From an uncultured Dictyoglomota bacterium (lineage in GTDB: Bacteria > Dictyoglomota > Dictyoglomia > Dictyoglomales > Dictyoglomaceae): DNA of 64,000 bases. Position numbers and translations under genes: made by a program. Each line of letters opens with the position of its first letter. Position 1 is the stretch's first letter. Where the stretch lies: contig CAZZIO010000022.1 of NCBI GenBank assembly GCA_964654465.1, forward strand, positions 1-64,000, given 5' to 3'. Of this stretch, positions 50,821 through 60,389 are shown piece by piece. The notes below the pieces were generated by a model. It saw only the letters and a program-made list of their open reading frames with translations. It searched no databases and was not told the DNA's origin.

Positions 50821-51744
50821 CTAATAACCAGCTTCTTTATCTACCACATTGATCATCCTTTCTACATTAGGATACTCTTTCAGATTCTTCAAAAAAATCT
50901 CCACTACCCTTTCATCATAATAAGGAGTCATTCCTGCAATATGCGGTGTTATAATTACATTCTCCATATCCCATAATGGGCTATCATTAGGTAAAGGTTC
51001 ATTATAAAATACATCAAGTAGTGCACATTGTATTTTATTTTCCTGTAAAGCCTTTATTAAAGCCTTTTCATCTACTGTTCTACCTCTTCCCACATTAACA
51101 AAAATAACATTATTTTTCATTTTATTAAATTCTTCTTCAGAAATAAAATTTTCTGTTTCCTTAGTAAGAGGCAGTACTATCACAATAATATCTGAATCGT
51201 TCAAAAGCTTATCTAAATCTTGAAAAGTCAATAACTCATCAGGTTGTATTTTTATATTCTCTTTTTTCTTTTTAAGCCCTATAACCCTTATATCAAAACA
51301 TTTAGCAATTCTTCCTATCTCTTGTCCTATATTACCGTAACCTATTATACCCATAGTTTTTCCAGTAAGTTCATCACACCACTCTATCTCATCTTTATTC
51401 CACCTTTTCTCTATTTTTCCTTTTATTGCCACATTTATCCTACGAGTCCATGAAAGAATTAAACCAAAAACATGTTCAGCAATAGATTTCGGATGAACTC
51501 CACTAGCAGAAGTCAAGATTACATCAGAGTTAATAATATCATCATAAAGCATATGATCCACACCCGCAGATGTTAATTGTATCCACTTTAAACTTTTAGC
51601 TTTCTTGAACTCTTCTTTGTTTAATCCCCAACCAAAAAATATATCCGCCTCTTCAATATTATCAGTTATTTCAACATTTTGACTAAGAGCTAAGATTTTA
51701 TTAATATACTCTTTTTTTAATGGATACCTAACATAAATTTTCAT
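50821..51744 (-). CDS. D-2-hydroxyacid dehydrogenase
   Basis: SAGVD, GYGNIG, LPLT.ET, NVGRG, LDVF..EPL, TPHIAG. Confidence 0.92.
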   Translation of the reverse strand: MKIYVRYPLKKEYINKILALSQNVEITDNIEEADIFFGWGLNKEEFKKAKSLKWIQLTSAGVDHMLYDDIINSDVILTSASGVHPKSIAEHVFGLILSWTRRINVAIKGKIEKRWNKDEIEWCDELTGKTMGIIGYGNIGQEIGRIAKCFDIRVIGLKKKKENIKIQPDELLTFQDLDKLLNDSDIIVIVLPLTKETENFISEEEFNKMKNNVIFVNVGRGRTVDEKALIKALQENKIQCALLDVFYNEPLPNDSPLWDMENVIITPHIAGMTPYYDERVVEIFLKNLKEYPNVERMINVVDKEAGY

Positions 51745-51794
51745 AGAAACCTCCTTTGAAAAAGAATATCATTTTATGATATAATCTTACCACT

Positions 51795-53192
51795 ATGGAC
51801 TTATACCTTTATAATACTTTAACAAAGAAAAAAGAAAAGTTTGAACCAATAAATCCACCCTATGTGGGAATGTATACTTGTGGCCCTACAGTTTATAACT
51901 ACGCCCACATAGGAAACTTAAGAACCTATATTTTTGAGGACATTTTAAAAAGAGTATTAATTTATAATGGATATATAGTTACTCATGTAATGAATATAAC
52001 TGATGTGGGACATCTTACTTCTGATGCTGATGAGGGAGAAGATAAGATTGAAAAGGAAGCAAAAAAGGAAAGAAGAAGTGCATGGGAAATTGCAGAGTTT
52101 TACACCGAGGCTTTCAAAAGAGATTTGAAAAAATTAAATATTTTGGAACCAACTATCTGGTGTAAGGCAACAGATCATATACCTGACTTTATAGAACTTA
52201 TAAAAATCCTTGAACAAAAAGGCTACACCTACAGGACATCTGATGGAATATATTTTGATACCTCAAAGGTGCCTGACTATGGTAAATTAGCAGGACAAGA
52301 TTTAGAAGAGCTTCTACCAGGAGCAAGGGTGGAATTTAACCCTGAAAAAAGAAATCCTACTGATTTTGCTCTATGGAAATTCTCTCCTAAGGATGTAAAA
52401 AGGCAGATGGAATGGGATTCTCCATGGGGAGTAGGTTTTCCTGGATGGCATATTGAATGCTCAGTTATGTCTACAAAATATTTAGGACAACCCTTTGATA
52501 TCCACTGTGGTGGTGTGGATCATATTCCTATTCATCATACAAATGAAATAGCCCAGTCTGAAGCTGCATATGAAAAGCCGATGGCTAAATATTGGTTGCA
52601 CGGAGAATTCCTCATTATGGGAGAAAAGAAAATGGCAAAATCCGAAGGAAATTTTCTTACATTATCAGATCTGGAAGAAAAGAGTTATCATTCATTAGCA
52701 TATAGATATTTTTGTCTTACCGCTCATTATAGAAGTCCATTAAGATTTACATGGTCAGCTATTGAAGGAGCACAAAGAGCTTTAAATAGACTTTATGAAA
52801 ATATGAAAAGATATCCCAAGATAGAAGCTGATTTTGATAAAGAGTATGAAGAAAGATTTCATCAAGCCATAAATGATGATTTAGATATGCCAAAAGCACT
52901 TGCCATTTTATGGGAACTTGTGAAAGATGATAAAATAGCACCCGAGGTTAAGAGAGCTACAATTATTCAATTTGATAAAGTATTCGGATTATCCTTAGAT
53001 AACCCTCCAGAAGTTAAAATTGAAGTACCTGAAGAAATTTGGCAACTTTTAGAAGAAAGAGAAAAAGCGAGAAAGGAAAAAAATTGGGAAAAAGCTGACA
53101 AAATTAGGGAAGAAATAAAACAAAGAGGCTATATAATAGAGGATACACCCCAAGGACCAAGAATCAAAAAAGCTACAATCCTTAATAAATAA
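51795..53192 (+). CDS. cysS: Cysteine--tRNA ligase
   Basis: CGPTVY, HIGN, DFALWK, GWHIEC, KMAKS (KMSKS variant). Confidence 0.97.
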   Translation: MDLYLYNTLTKKKEKFEPINPPYVGMYTCGPTVYNYAHIGNLRTYIFEDILKRVLIYNGYIVTHVMNITDVGHLTSDADEGEDKIEKEAKKERRSAWEIAEFYTEAFKRDLKKLNILEPTIWCKATDHIPDFIELIKILEQKGYTYRTSDGIYFDTSKVPDYGKLAGQDLEELLPGARVEFNPEKRNPTDFALWKFSPKDVKRQMEWDSPWGVGFPGWHIECSVMSTKYLGQPFDIHCGGVDHIPIHHTNEIAQSEAAYEKPMAKYWLHGEFLIMGEKKMAKSEGNFLTLSDLEEKSYHSLAYRYFCLTAHYRSPLRFTWSAIEGAQRALNRLYENMKRYPKIEADFDKEYEERFHQAINDDLDMPKALAILWELVKDDKIAPEVKRATIIQFDKVFGLSLDNPPEVKIEVPEEIWQLLEEREKARKEKNWEKADKIREEIKQRGYIIEDTPQGPRIKKATILNK

Positions 53193-53195
53193 TTT

Positions 53196-54614
53196 TTATT
53201 TCTTTTCTTTATCTTTATACATTCTTTCATCAGCAATCTTTATTAATTCATCTAAGGACTTGCTATCTTCAGGGTAAGAGGCTATACCAAAGCTAAACCC
53301 TAAACTAATGCCATCAATATTTGAAAATCTTTCTTTAAAATCACAAAGGGTTCTCTTCATTATTTTCTCTGCCATTTCTCTTGTTGTATTTATAAGAATA
53401 ATACAAAACTCATCTCCTCCAAACCTTATAATTACATCCCCAGATCTAAAATTCTTTTTAAAAAATTCTACTACTTCTTTTAGTATTTGATCCCCTACAT
53501 CATGACCAAATTTATCATTAACATCCTTAAAATTGTCTATATCAACAAAGACAAGAGAAAAATAAATATTTTTATTCACTAATTCTTTGAAAATAACATC
53601 TAAATATCTTCTGTTGTAGGTTTGAGTTAAAACATCCAAATAAGCTATCTCTTTCATAATATTTCTTTCTATTAATAACTTTTCTTCTCTTATCTTGATC
53701 TTATCTATCATATTTTTAAAAGCTCTCATAAAATCGCCAATTTCGTCTTTTCTATGAATATCAAAATCCACATCATAATTTCCTCTTTCTATTTCCCTTG
53801 CTATTAGTACTAACTTCTCAAAAGGTCTCATTATATAGGAAATTAGAAATTGGGAAATCAAAAGAGATGATATTAATATAAAAAGAGTAAATGATATAAG
53901 CATTATTAAAGATGATCTATATATTAAATATATAATCTTGCTCTCTTTTTCTATATGAACCAATATGTTTTCACTTAAAGGAATCTCAATATGATAGGAT
54001 GGATACTCATAATAATTTCTTAACTTTTCTTCTCTAACATCTCCTATATTTAAAATCGTTATTTTAGCATCTAAAAAATTCTCCCATTCTCTAATTATCT
54101 CTTCATCTATAGGTTTTGCAAACAACAAATAGGCATCATAAAAATATCTTTTATCATCGCTCATTACTGGACCTACAGCACATAGAAATACCTTTTCTCT
54201 ATAAGAATAGAAGAAAACTTCTACCTCTTTTATTTTCTCTTTTAGAAAATCTTTTGGGATATTACGGAATGAAGAAGTGATAATTTCTCCATCTTTTGTA
54301 AAAAGAATCACATCATATTTAAGGGTTTTCTTAACCCATGGATTAATATTTGCCTCTAAAAACTCCTTGTCTCTTCTCTTAACTCCTTTTTCTCCCAAAT
54401 CCATCCAATAAATATAATCTGATAGATTAACAATTAAAATACTCTTTTCTTTTTCCAATAATTTACTAAATAAGCTTTGAGTATTTCTAACTTCTTTGTT
54501 TATATTTTCTCTGAAAACGTTTTTTACAAGGAGTATACCCCCGAGAATAAAAACAAAGGAAATAAAAATATTAGTAATCACTAAAATCAAAGTTATTTTG
54601 GTTCTTAGACTTAT
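53196..54614 (-). CDS. Membrane diguanylate cyclase (periplasmic sensor-HAMP-GGDEF); probable non-canonical ATA start
   Basis: Two TMs, HAMP (RKDEIGDF..AF..M), D.LT..YNRR, DIDNFK.VND..GH..GD, RSGD I-site, GGDEF; SD AGGAGG precedes ATA-AGT-CTA-AGA (MSLRTKI); alternative TTG start 54590. Confidence 0.88.
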   Translation of the reverse strand: MSLRTKITLILVITNIFISFVFILGGILLVKNVFRENINKEVRNTQSLFSKLLEKEKSILIVNLSDYIYWMDLGEKGVKRRDKEFLEANINPWVKKTLKYDVILFTKDGEIITSSFRNIPKDFLKEKIKEVEVFFYSYREKVFLCAVGPVMSDDKRYFYDAYLLFAKPIDEEIIREWENFLDAKITILNIGDVREEKLRNYYEYPSYHIEIPLSENILVHIEKESKIIYLIYRSSLIMLISFTLFILISSLLISQFLISYIMRPFEKLVLIAREIERGNYDVDFDIHRKDEIGDFMRAFKNMIDKIKIREEKLLIERNIMKEIAYLDVLTQTYNRRYLDVIFKELVNKNIYFSLVFVDIDNFKDVNDKFGHDVGDQILKEVVEFFKKNFRSGDVIIRFGGDEFCIILINTTREMAEKIMKRTLCDFKERFSNIDGISLGFSFGIASYPEDSKSLDELIKIADERMYKDKEKK

Positions 54615-54681
54615 CTTTTCTTGACCTCCTTTTCCATATTGAATAGATTATATCATAAGTTTTTGCTAAAATATTCATGAA

Positions 54682-54770
54682 GGAGAGGTGGCCGAGTGGA
54701 CGAAGGCGCTCGCCTCGAAAGCGAGTAGGCTGACAAAGCCTCGTGGGTTCGAATCCCACCCTCTCCGCCA
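54682..54770 (+). tRNA. tRNA-Ser (anticodon CGA), encoded CCA
   Basis: GGAGAGG acceptor stem, CTCGC-CTCGAAA-GCGAG, long variable arm, GTGGG-TTCGAAT-CCCAC, ends GCCA. Confidence 0.97.
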
Positions 54771-54786
54771 TATTTTTTAATTACCA

Positions 54787-54824
54787 TTAAAACGATTGCC
54801 TAAATAGATCTCTTATTGTAAAAT
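54787..54824 (+). promoter_or_regulatory. xylA promoter with overlapping LacI-like site
   Basis: TTGCCT-17nt-TAAAAT with extended TG; TTAAAACGATTGCC overlaps -35. Confidence 0.55.
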
Positions 54825-54857
54825 ATTTTAAAAACTAATAATAAGGAGGTATAAATT

Positions 54858-55964
54858 ATGCCCTTTGTAGATCATCGTTCTCAAAAGATTAGGAGGAATA
54901 AAGAGGAACTTCTTAAACATCTTCAAACCTTCAAATTAGATCTTAAATTTTCAGTGGGTATCTGGTACTTCACTCCTGGAGGTGGCAGATTCCATGAACC
55001 TTACGTAGAACAAAAAAGTATTCCAGAAAGAATAGAAATGGCTGCTGAAATGGCTAAATATGGAGTGAAGGGAATAGAAGCTCACTATCCTGCAGAAGTC
55101 AATGAAGAGAATCTTCATCTTTATAAAAAACTCGAAAAAGAAGCTGGAATAAGACTTGTTGCTGTTCCTTTAAGCCTTTTTTACGATAAAATATTTGAAT
55201 TTGGCTCTCTTTCTAATCCTTATGAAAAATATCGTAAGGTAGCCTATGAAAGATTAGTAAACGGTTTAAAATTGGTAAAAGAAGCTAACGCAGATATTTG
55301 TATAATATGGCCTGGAATTGATGGATATACTTATTCTTATGGACACCTTTACTATCATATGTGGGATACCTTTGAAGAATTAGTAGCCCAAGCTATGGAC
55401 GAAGTACCAGGAGTACAAGTTGCTATTGAACCAAAACCTTATGAACCAGCACCAAACAATATATACAGAACTACTGCTGATGGAATATTAGCTGCGAGAG
55501 ATATAGAGTCAAGACTCAAAAACCCCGAAAATCTCAAACTAATAAATGAAGGACATGCATTAGTAGGCTTAAATCCAGAGGTGGGTCATGTCAGAATGGG
55601 ATTTGAGGATCTTCCTTATGCTTATGCCAGAGTTGCAAGAGAAGGTAGACTATTCCACACTCACTGGAACAGCCAACCTCTCGGAAACTATGACCAAGAC
55701 CTAAATGTGGGAGTAGTTGACTGGGATTCTACAGAAGCATTACTTTATACACTAAAGATGATAGGTTATCAAGGATATTTTGGAATTGATATAAATCCTG
55801 AAAGAATGTCTGTACAAAAAGCAATAGAAATCAATACAAAAGTCCTCAACATTATGAATGAGAGAATTGAAAGACTACCTCACGAAAGAATCATTGAGTG
55901 CTATTTTGATCCAGAAAATCACAGAGGAGAATTAGAGTTAATCTTAGCAGAAAACCACAAATAA
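54858..55964 (+). CDS. xylA: Xylose isomerase (short, class I-like)
   Basis: WPGIDG, IEPKPYEP, NPEVGH, HWN, DQD, GIDINP metal-binding motifs. Confidence 0.8.
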   Translation: MPFVDHRSQKIRRNKEELLKHLQTFKLDLKFSVGIWYFTPGGGRFHEPYVEQKSIPERIEMAAEMAKYGVKGIEAHYPAEVNEENLHLYKKLEKEAGIRLVAVPLSLFYDKIFEFGSLSNPYEKYRKVAYERLVNGLKLVKEANADICIIWPGIDGYTYSYGHLYYHMWDTFEELVAQAMDEVPGVQVAIEPKPYEPAPNNIYRTTADGILAARDIESRLKNPENLKLINEGHALVGLNPEVGHVRMGFEDLPYAYARVAREGRLFHTHWNSQPLGNYDQDLNVGVVDWDSTEALLYTLKMIGYQGYFGIDINPERMSVQKAIEINTKVLNIMNERIERLPHERIIECYFDPENHRGELELILAENHK

Positions 55965-55978
55965 GAAGATCTTCATTA

Positions 55979-56010
55979 AGAGGGGGAGAAATATATCTCC
56001 CTCTCTTTTT
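55979..56010 (+). terminator. Intrinsic terminator
   Basis: AGAGGGGGAGA-loop-TCTCCCTCTCT followed by T-run. Confidence 0.8.
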
Positions 56011-56106
56011 TAACCTTTTTTAACTTATGGTCAAAAAATTATAAAATAACTCATAATTTAAAATTTTTTGGTAAAAAAATCCTCATATCTCAGTTTTTTC
56101 CCCTTT

Positions 56107-56154
56107 GAACTATATATTGAGTTGTGATATAAATATAACCACAATATTTAGTGG
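56107..56154. promoter_or_regulatory. Tandem NrdR boxes
   Basis: gaaCTATATATTGagt (56107-56122) and ccaCAATATTTAGtgg (56139-56154), 32 bp apart, upstream of nrdR-nrdD-nrdG. Confidence 0.85.
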
Positions 56155-56164
56155 GGGTATAGAA

Positions 56165-56617
56165 ATGAGATGTCCATTTTGTAATTATGAAAATACTTCT
56201 GTTATTGATACCAGAGAAATAGAAGATCAAAGAGTAATAAGAAGAAGAAGAGTATGTCCAAGATGTAAGGGAAGATTCACCACCTACGAAAGAATAGAAG
56301 AAAAACCTATTATGGTAATCAAAAAAGATGGTAGAAGAGAACCTTTCGATAGAAATAAGCTTTTAGCAGGTTTACAAAGAGCAGTAGTTAAAAGAAATAT
56401 TGATAGCGAAAAATTAGAAGCTATTATTGATGAAATTATAGGGGATATAAAGAAACAAGGAGTAAGTGAAATTTCCTCAAAGGAAATAGGAAAAATGGTA
56501 TTAGAAAAATTAAAAGATTTAGATGCAGTTGCATATGTAAGATTTGCTTCTGTATATCAAGAGTTTAGTTCCTTAGAAGAATTTGCAAAACTTCTTTCTC
56601 AGATGAAAAAAGCATAA
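56165..56617 (+). CDS. nrdR: Transcriptional repressor NrdR
   Basis: MRCPFC..., RRRRVCPRC..RFTTYE, ATP cone, VAYVRFASVY; start ATG 56165 after GGGGG. Confidence 0.97.
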   Translation: MRCPFCNYENTSVIDTREIEDQRVIRRRRVCPRCKGRFTTYERIEEKPIMVIKKDGRREPFDRNKLLAGLQRAVVKRNIDSEKLEAIIDEIIGDIKKQGVSEISSKEIGKMVLEKLKDLDAVAYVRFASVYQEFSSLEEFAKLLSQMKKA

Positions 56618-56639
56618 ACTAAGCAAGGAGGTATGAAAA

Positions 56640-58523
56640 ATGATTAGTAATCTGAATGATCTTATAAAAGAATACTTAAACAGAGAAGACTGGAGAGTAA
56701 ACGAAAATTCAAATATGGGATATTCTCTCCAAGGCTTAAACTATTATCTTTATTCTTCTCTTATAGCAAGATATTGGTTAGAAGAAATCTATCCTCAAGA
56801 GATAGCAAGGGCTCATCAAAATGGAGATTTTCATATACATGACCTTGGATCTCTTTCAGTATATTGTGTGGGTTGGGATTTAGAAGATCTACTTTTAAAA
56901 GGATTTGGAGGGGTAGAAGGAAAAGTTGCCAGTAAACCAGCCAAACATTTCAGAACCGCTTTAGGACAAATTGTAAATTTCATGTTTACACTACAAGGTG
57001 AAGCAGCAGGAGCTATTGCCTTTTCAAATTTCGATACACTGCTGGCTCCATTTATAGCTTACGATAATCTTACTTATAAAGAAGTAAAACAAGCTATGCA
57101 AGAATTTGTTTTCAATCTTAATATTCCTACTCGAACGGGATTTCAAACTCCGTTTACTAATTTAAGTTTTGATTTAGTAGTACCAGATGATTTAAAAGAT
57201 AAAAAAGTAATAATAGGAGGAGAAAGAAAAGAAGCCACATATGGAGAATTTCAAAGAGAAATGGACCTTTTAAATGAAGCTTTTGCAGAAGTAATGATAG
57301 AGGGTGACGCAAATGGAAGAATCTTTACCTTCCCTATACCAACTTATAGCATAACAAAAGATTTTCCATGGGAAAAGTCAAACTTAACTAAAATTTGGGA
57401 AATGACAGCTAAATATGGTACTCCTTACTTCTCAAACTTTGTTAACTCAGAAATGGATCCTTCAGATGTAAGATCTATGTGCTGTAGATTAAGATTAGAC
57501 AATTCTCTGGTAAGACAAAGAGCTTTAAGTTTTTCTTTAAATGTAAATAATAAAAATGTGGATGAGTTGAAACATAGAGGCGGCGGATTATTTGGAGCAA
57601 ATCCTCTTACAGGAAGTATTGGTGTGGTAACAATAAATATGCCCAGACTTGGTTATTTATCTAAGAATGAAGAAGAATTTTTTGAAAGACTATATTATCT
57701 AATGGATCTTGCAAAAGAAAGCCTTGAAATAAAAAGGAATGTAATAGAAGATCTCACACATAAAAATTTATATCCTTATTCCAAATATTATCTTTCTGGA
57801 GTTTATGAGTTAACAGGACAATATTGGGGAAATCATTTTGCCACCATTGGACTTATAGGTATGCATGAGGCATGTGTAAATTTACTTGGAGAAGGTATAG
57901 ATACATCAGCTGGAAGGGAATTTGCCATAAAAGTTCTTAAATTTATGAGAGAGAAACTTTTAGAATATCAAAAAGAAACTAATAATCTTTACAACTTAGA
58001 AGCTACTCCTGGAGAAGGTACATCCTACAGATTAGCAAGAATAGATAAGTCAAAATATCCAGACATTTATACCTCGGGAGATAAAGAACCCTTCTATACC
58101 AATTCTACTCAACTTCCTGTTGATTATTCAGCAGATCCTTTTGAAGTGTTGGAACATCAAGATGAGCTCCAAAGTCTCTATACAGGTGGTACTGTATTGC
58201 ATATATTCTTAGGTGAAGCATTGGAAGATATAGAAATGGTAAAAGAGGCAGTAAAACTTATCACAAATAACTATAGATTGCCATATTTCACATTAACTCC
58301 CACCTTTAGCATATGTCCTGAACATGGTTATCTTAGAGGAAATTACGAAAAATGCCCTACTTGTGGAAAAGAAACAGAAATTTATTCAAGAGTAGTAGGA
58401 TATTACAGACCTGTTAAAAGTTGGAATAAAGGAAAACAAGAAGAGTTTAAATTAAGAAAAACCTTCACGTTGACATTAAAGGAGAGGAGAAAACATGAAA
58501 ATCTCAGGTTACCTGGGATTTAG
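56640..58523 (+). CDS. nrdD: Class III anaerobic ribonucleotide reductase, no ATP cone
   Basis: HIHDL, YC, QTPFTN, FTFPIPT, SMCCRL, EATPGE, zinc ribbon, YSRVVGY glycyl-radical site. Confidence 0.95.
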   Translation: MISNLNDLIKEYLNREDWRVNENSNMGYSLQGLNYYLYSSLIARYWLEEIYPQEIARAHQNGDFHIHDLGSLSVYCVGWDLEDLLLKGFGGVEGKVASKPAKHFRTALGQIVNFMFTLQGEAAGAIAFSNFDTLLAPFIAYDNLTYKEVKQAMQEFVFNLNIPTRTGFQTPFTNLSFDLVVPDDLKDKKVIIGGERKEATYGEFQREMDLLNEAFAEVMIEGDANGRIFTFPIPTYSITKDFPWEKSNLTKIWEMTAKYGTPYFSNFVNSEMDPSDVRSMCCRLRLDNSLVRQRALSFSLNVNNKNVDELKHRGGGLFGANPLTGSIGVVTINMPRLGYLSKNEEEFFERLYYLMDLAKESLEIKRNVIEDLTHKNLYPYSKYYLSGVYELTGQYWGNHFATIGLIGMHEACVNLLGEGIDTSAGREFAIKVLKFMREKLLEYQKETNNLYNLEATPGEGTSYRLARIDKSKYPDIYTSGDKEPFYTNSTQLPVDYSADPFEVLEHQDELQSLYTGGTVLHIFLGEALEDIEMVKEAVKLITNNYRLPYFTLTPTFSICPEHGYLRGNYEKCPTCGKETEIYSRVVGYYRPVKSWNKGKQEEFKLRKTFTLTLKERRKHENLRLPGI

Positions 58524-59178
58524 TCTCGTAGATTATCCTGGTAAACCAAGCTTTGTTATATTTACTCAGGGTTGTAACTTTCGTTGCCCCTTCTGTCACA
58601 ATCCTGAGCTTATATCTACAAGGAAAAAAGGTATTTATTCTGAAGATTTTATAATAGAGGAAATTGATAGGAGAAAAAAAATAATAAAGGGGATTGTAAT
58701 AACAGGAGGGGAGCCTACACTAAATGAGGATCTTCCCTCCTTTTTATTTAAATTAAAAAGAAAAAGATATTCCATAAAATTAGATACAAATGGATCAAAT
58801 CCTAAAATGCTTATAGAACTAATCAAAGGCAAATTAGTTGATTATGTGGCTATGGACTTTAAAACATCACCCTCAAAATATGCTATGGCAATAGGACTTT
58901 CAGAAGAATTAGTTCAAAAATATTTAAATAAGATAAAAGAATCTTTAAGAATATTAAAAGAAAGTAACATTAACTTCGAGATTAGAACCACTGTAGTACC
59001 AAACATTGTAGAAAAAGAAGATATTATAGAGATAAAAAATATTATTGAAGATGTGCCTTACTATTTACAAACCTTCAAACCTGAAAAAACTTTAGATCAT
59101 AATTACAGAAAACTATCTCCTTACTCCAAAGAATATTTAAAGGAGCTCAGTATATTGTCAAAAGGAAATTTAAGATAA
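58495..59178 (+). CDS. nrdG: Anaerobic RNR activating enzyme (radical SAM)
   Basis: SLVDYPG, GCNFRCPFCHN, TGGEP, DTNG. Confidence 0.93.
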   Translation: MKISGYLGFSLVDYPGKPSFVIFTQGCNFRCPFCHNPELISTRKKGIYSEDFIIEEIDRRKKIIKGIVITGGEPTLNEDLPSFLFKLKRKRYSIKLDTNGSNPKMLIELIKGKLVDYVAMDFKTSPSKYAMAIGLSEELVQKYLNKIKESLRILKESNINFEIRTTVVPNIVEKEDIIEIKNIIEDVPYYLQTFKPEKTLDHNYRKLSPYSKEYLKELSILSKGNLR

Positions 59179-60351
59179 ATTTTTTAATCTACTATTTTTA
59201 ATCTCTTTTAGAATTAAAAGCCCAAGAATAGAAGAAATTAATCCCTGCAAGAAATTAATCCTATATCCACCCAGATCAATAGTCATTCCAGAAGTAAAAT
59301 ATGCCAAAACCTGTGCCATAGAAATCATAAGAGTATTAACACCCACAAAACTTCCTGCTTTTCCCTTAGGTATATATTCAAGAACAAGACTATAAGGAAT
59401 AACCATTAAAGACCCTAAACTAATGCCATAAATTATAGATGCAATAAAAGCATGAAAAATCCTGTAGGTTTGAGAAAATATAAAACTGCTCAATCCAAAA
59501 AGAAATAAAGAAAAAACAGAAAGTTTTTCTTTAGAATACTTATCAGCAAGGAAACCAGATACAAACGTAGAAATGGCAGTTAAAATTCCAAAAATAGCAA
59601 GTACTACCATATAATCATTAATAGAAGCTGAAAGAGCATCTTGAAAGAATAAAAGAATAAATGAACTAACCGACGAAACACCATACCAAATTGAAAATTG
59701 AAGAAAAAATAATAAAAACCATAATCTTCCTTTAAAGAATTCTAAATCTAATTTTAGATTTTCTTTTTTACTATCACCTGGTTTTTCAGGTAAAAATAAT
59801 AGAAAAAATGCAGAAACTAACGTCCCATATTTAAGGAGTTTAAATACTAAATTAGATGCATGGGCAATTACCACGATGAATATATATAAACCTTGAAAAA
59901 ATTGAGATGTAAAATTTATTATACCTGTTGCACGAGCATATGTATCTTTAGCTATCAGATCAGGAATTAGAGCTTGATAAATGGAAAAACCAGAATAAAA
60001 AAACATAAAAGAGAAAGTTATATAAAGATACAAACTGGATATGTCTTTTACTTTTTCAAGGCCACAAACAGAAAAAAGAAATAAAATTAGAAAAAATATT
60101 ATTAAAATTTTTCTTCCTTTAAGAAAATTCCTAAGTTTATCTGATAAATATCCAATTAATGGGGGTACAACTATCCCTATAAAGCTTCCAAGAGAAAGCA
60201 AAATACCAATCTCTGTCTTTGATGAAACAAATTTATTTACAAAAAATACTAATGAAAAACTCCTAAAAGCTTGGAAAAAAGAAAAACTAATACCTCCCAA
60301 GCTAATAAGAGCAATAATCCTTATAAATAAACCTACATTTATTATTTTCAC
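59170..60351 (-). CDS. MFS transporter
   Basis: About 12 TMs, GYLSDK..GRK and GFLADKYSK motifs. Confidence 0.85.
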   Translation of the reverse strand: MKIINVGLFIRIIALISLGGISFSFFQAFRSFSLVFFVNKFVSSKTEIGILLSLGSFIGIVVPPLIGYLSDKLRNFLKGRKILIIFFLILFLFSVCGLEKVKDISSLYLYITFSFMFFYSGFSIYQALIPDLIAKDTYARATGIINFTSQFFQGLYIFIVVIAHASNLVFKLLKYGTLVSAFFLLFLPEKPGDSKKENLKLDLEFFKGRLWFLLFFLQFSIWYGVSSVSSFILLFFQDALSASINDYMVVLAIFGILTAISTFVSGFLADKYSKEKLSVFSLFLFGLSSFIFSQTYRIFHAFIASIIYGISLGSLMVIPYSLVLEYIPKGKAGSFVGVNTLMISMAQVLAYFTSGMTIDLGGYRINFLQGLISSILGLLILKEIKNSRLKNLS

Positions 60352-60389
60352 AATAATGTAATTTTACCATTTCTTGCTGTTAAAAAAAA

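Noticed and set aside
54571-54771. 66-aa minus-strand ORF MAERVGFEPT...
   Set aside because: Antisense shadow of tRNA-Ser(CGA)
54682-54800. tRNA genes as integration sites for an island
   Set aside because: No integrase, duplicated tRNA 3' end or compositional shift seen
56105-56164. N-terminal extension of nrdR
   Set aside because: Covers the NrdR boxes; conserved MRCPFC start is at 56165
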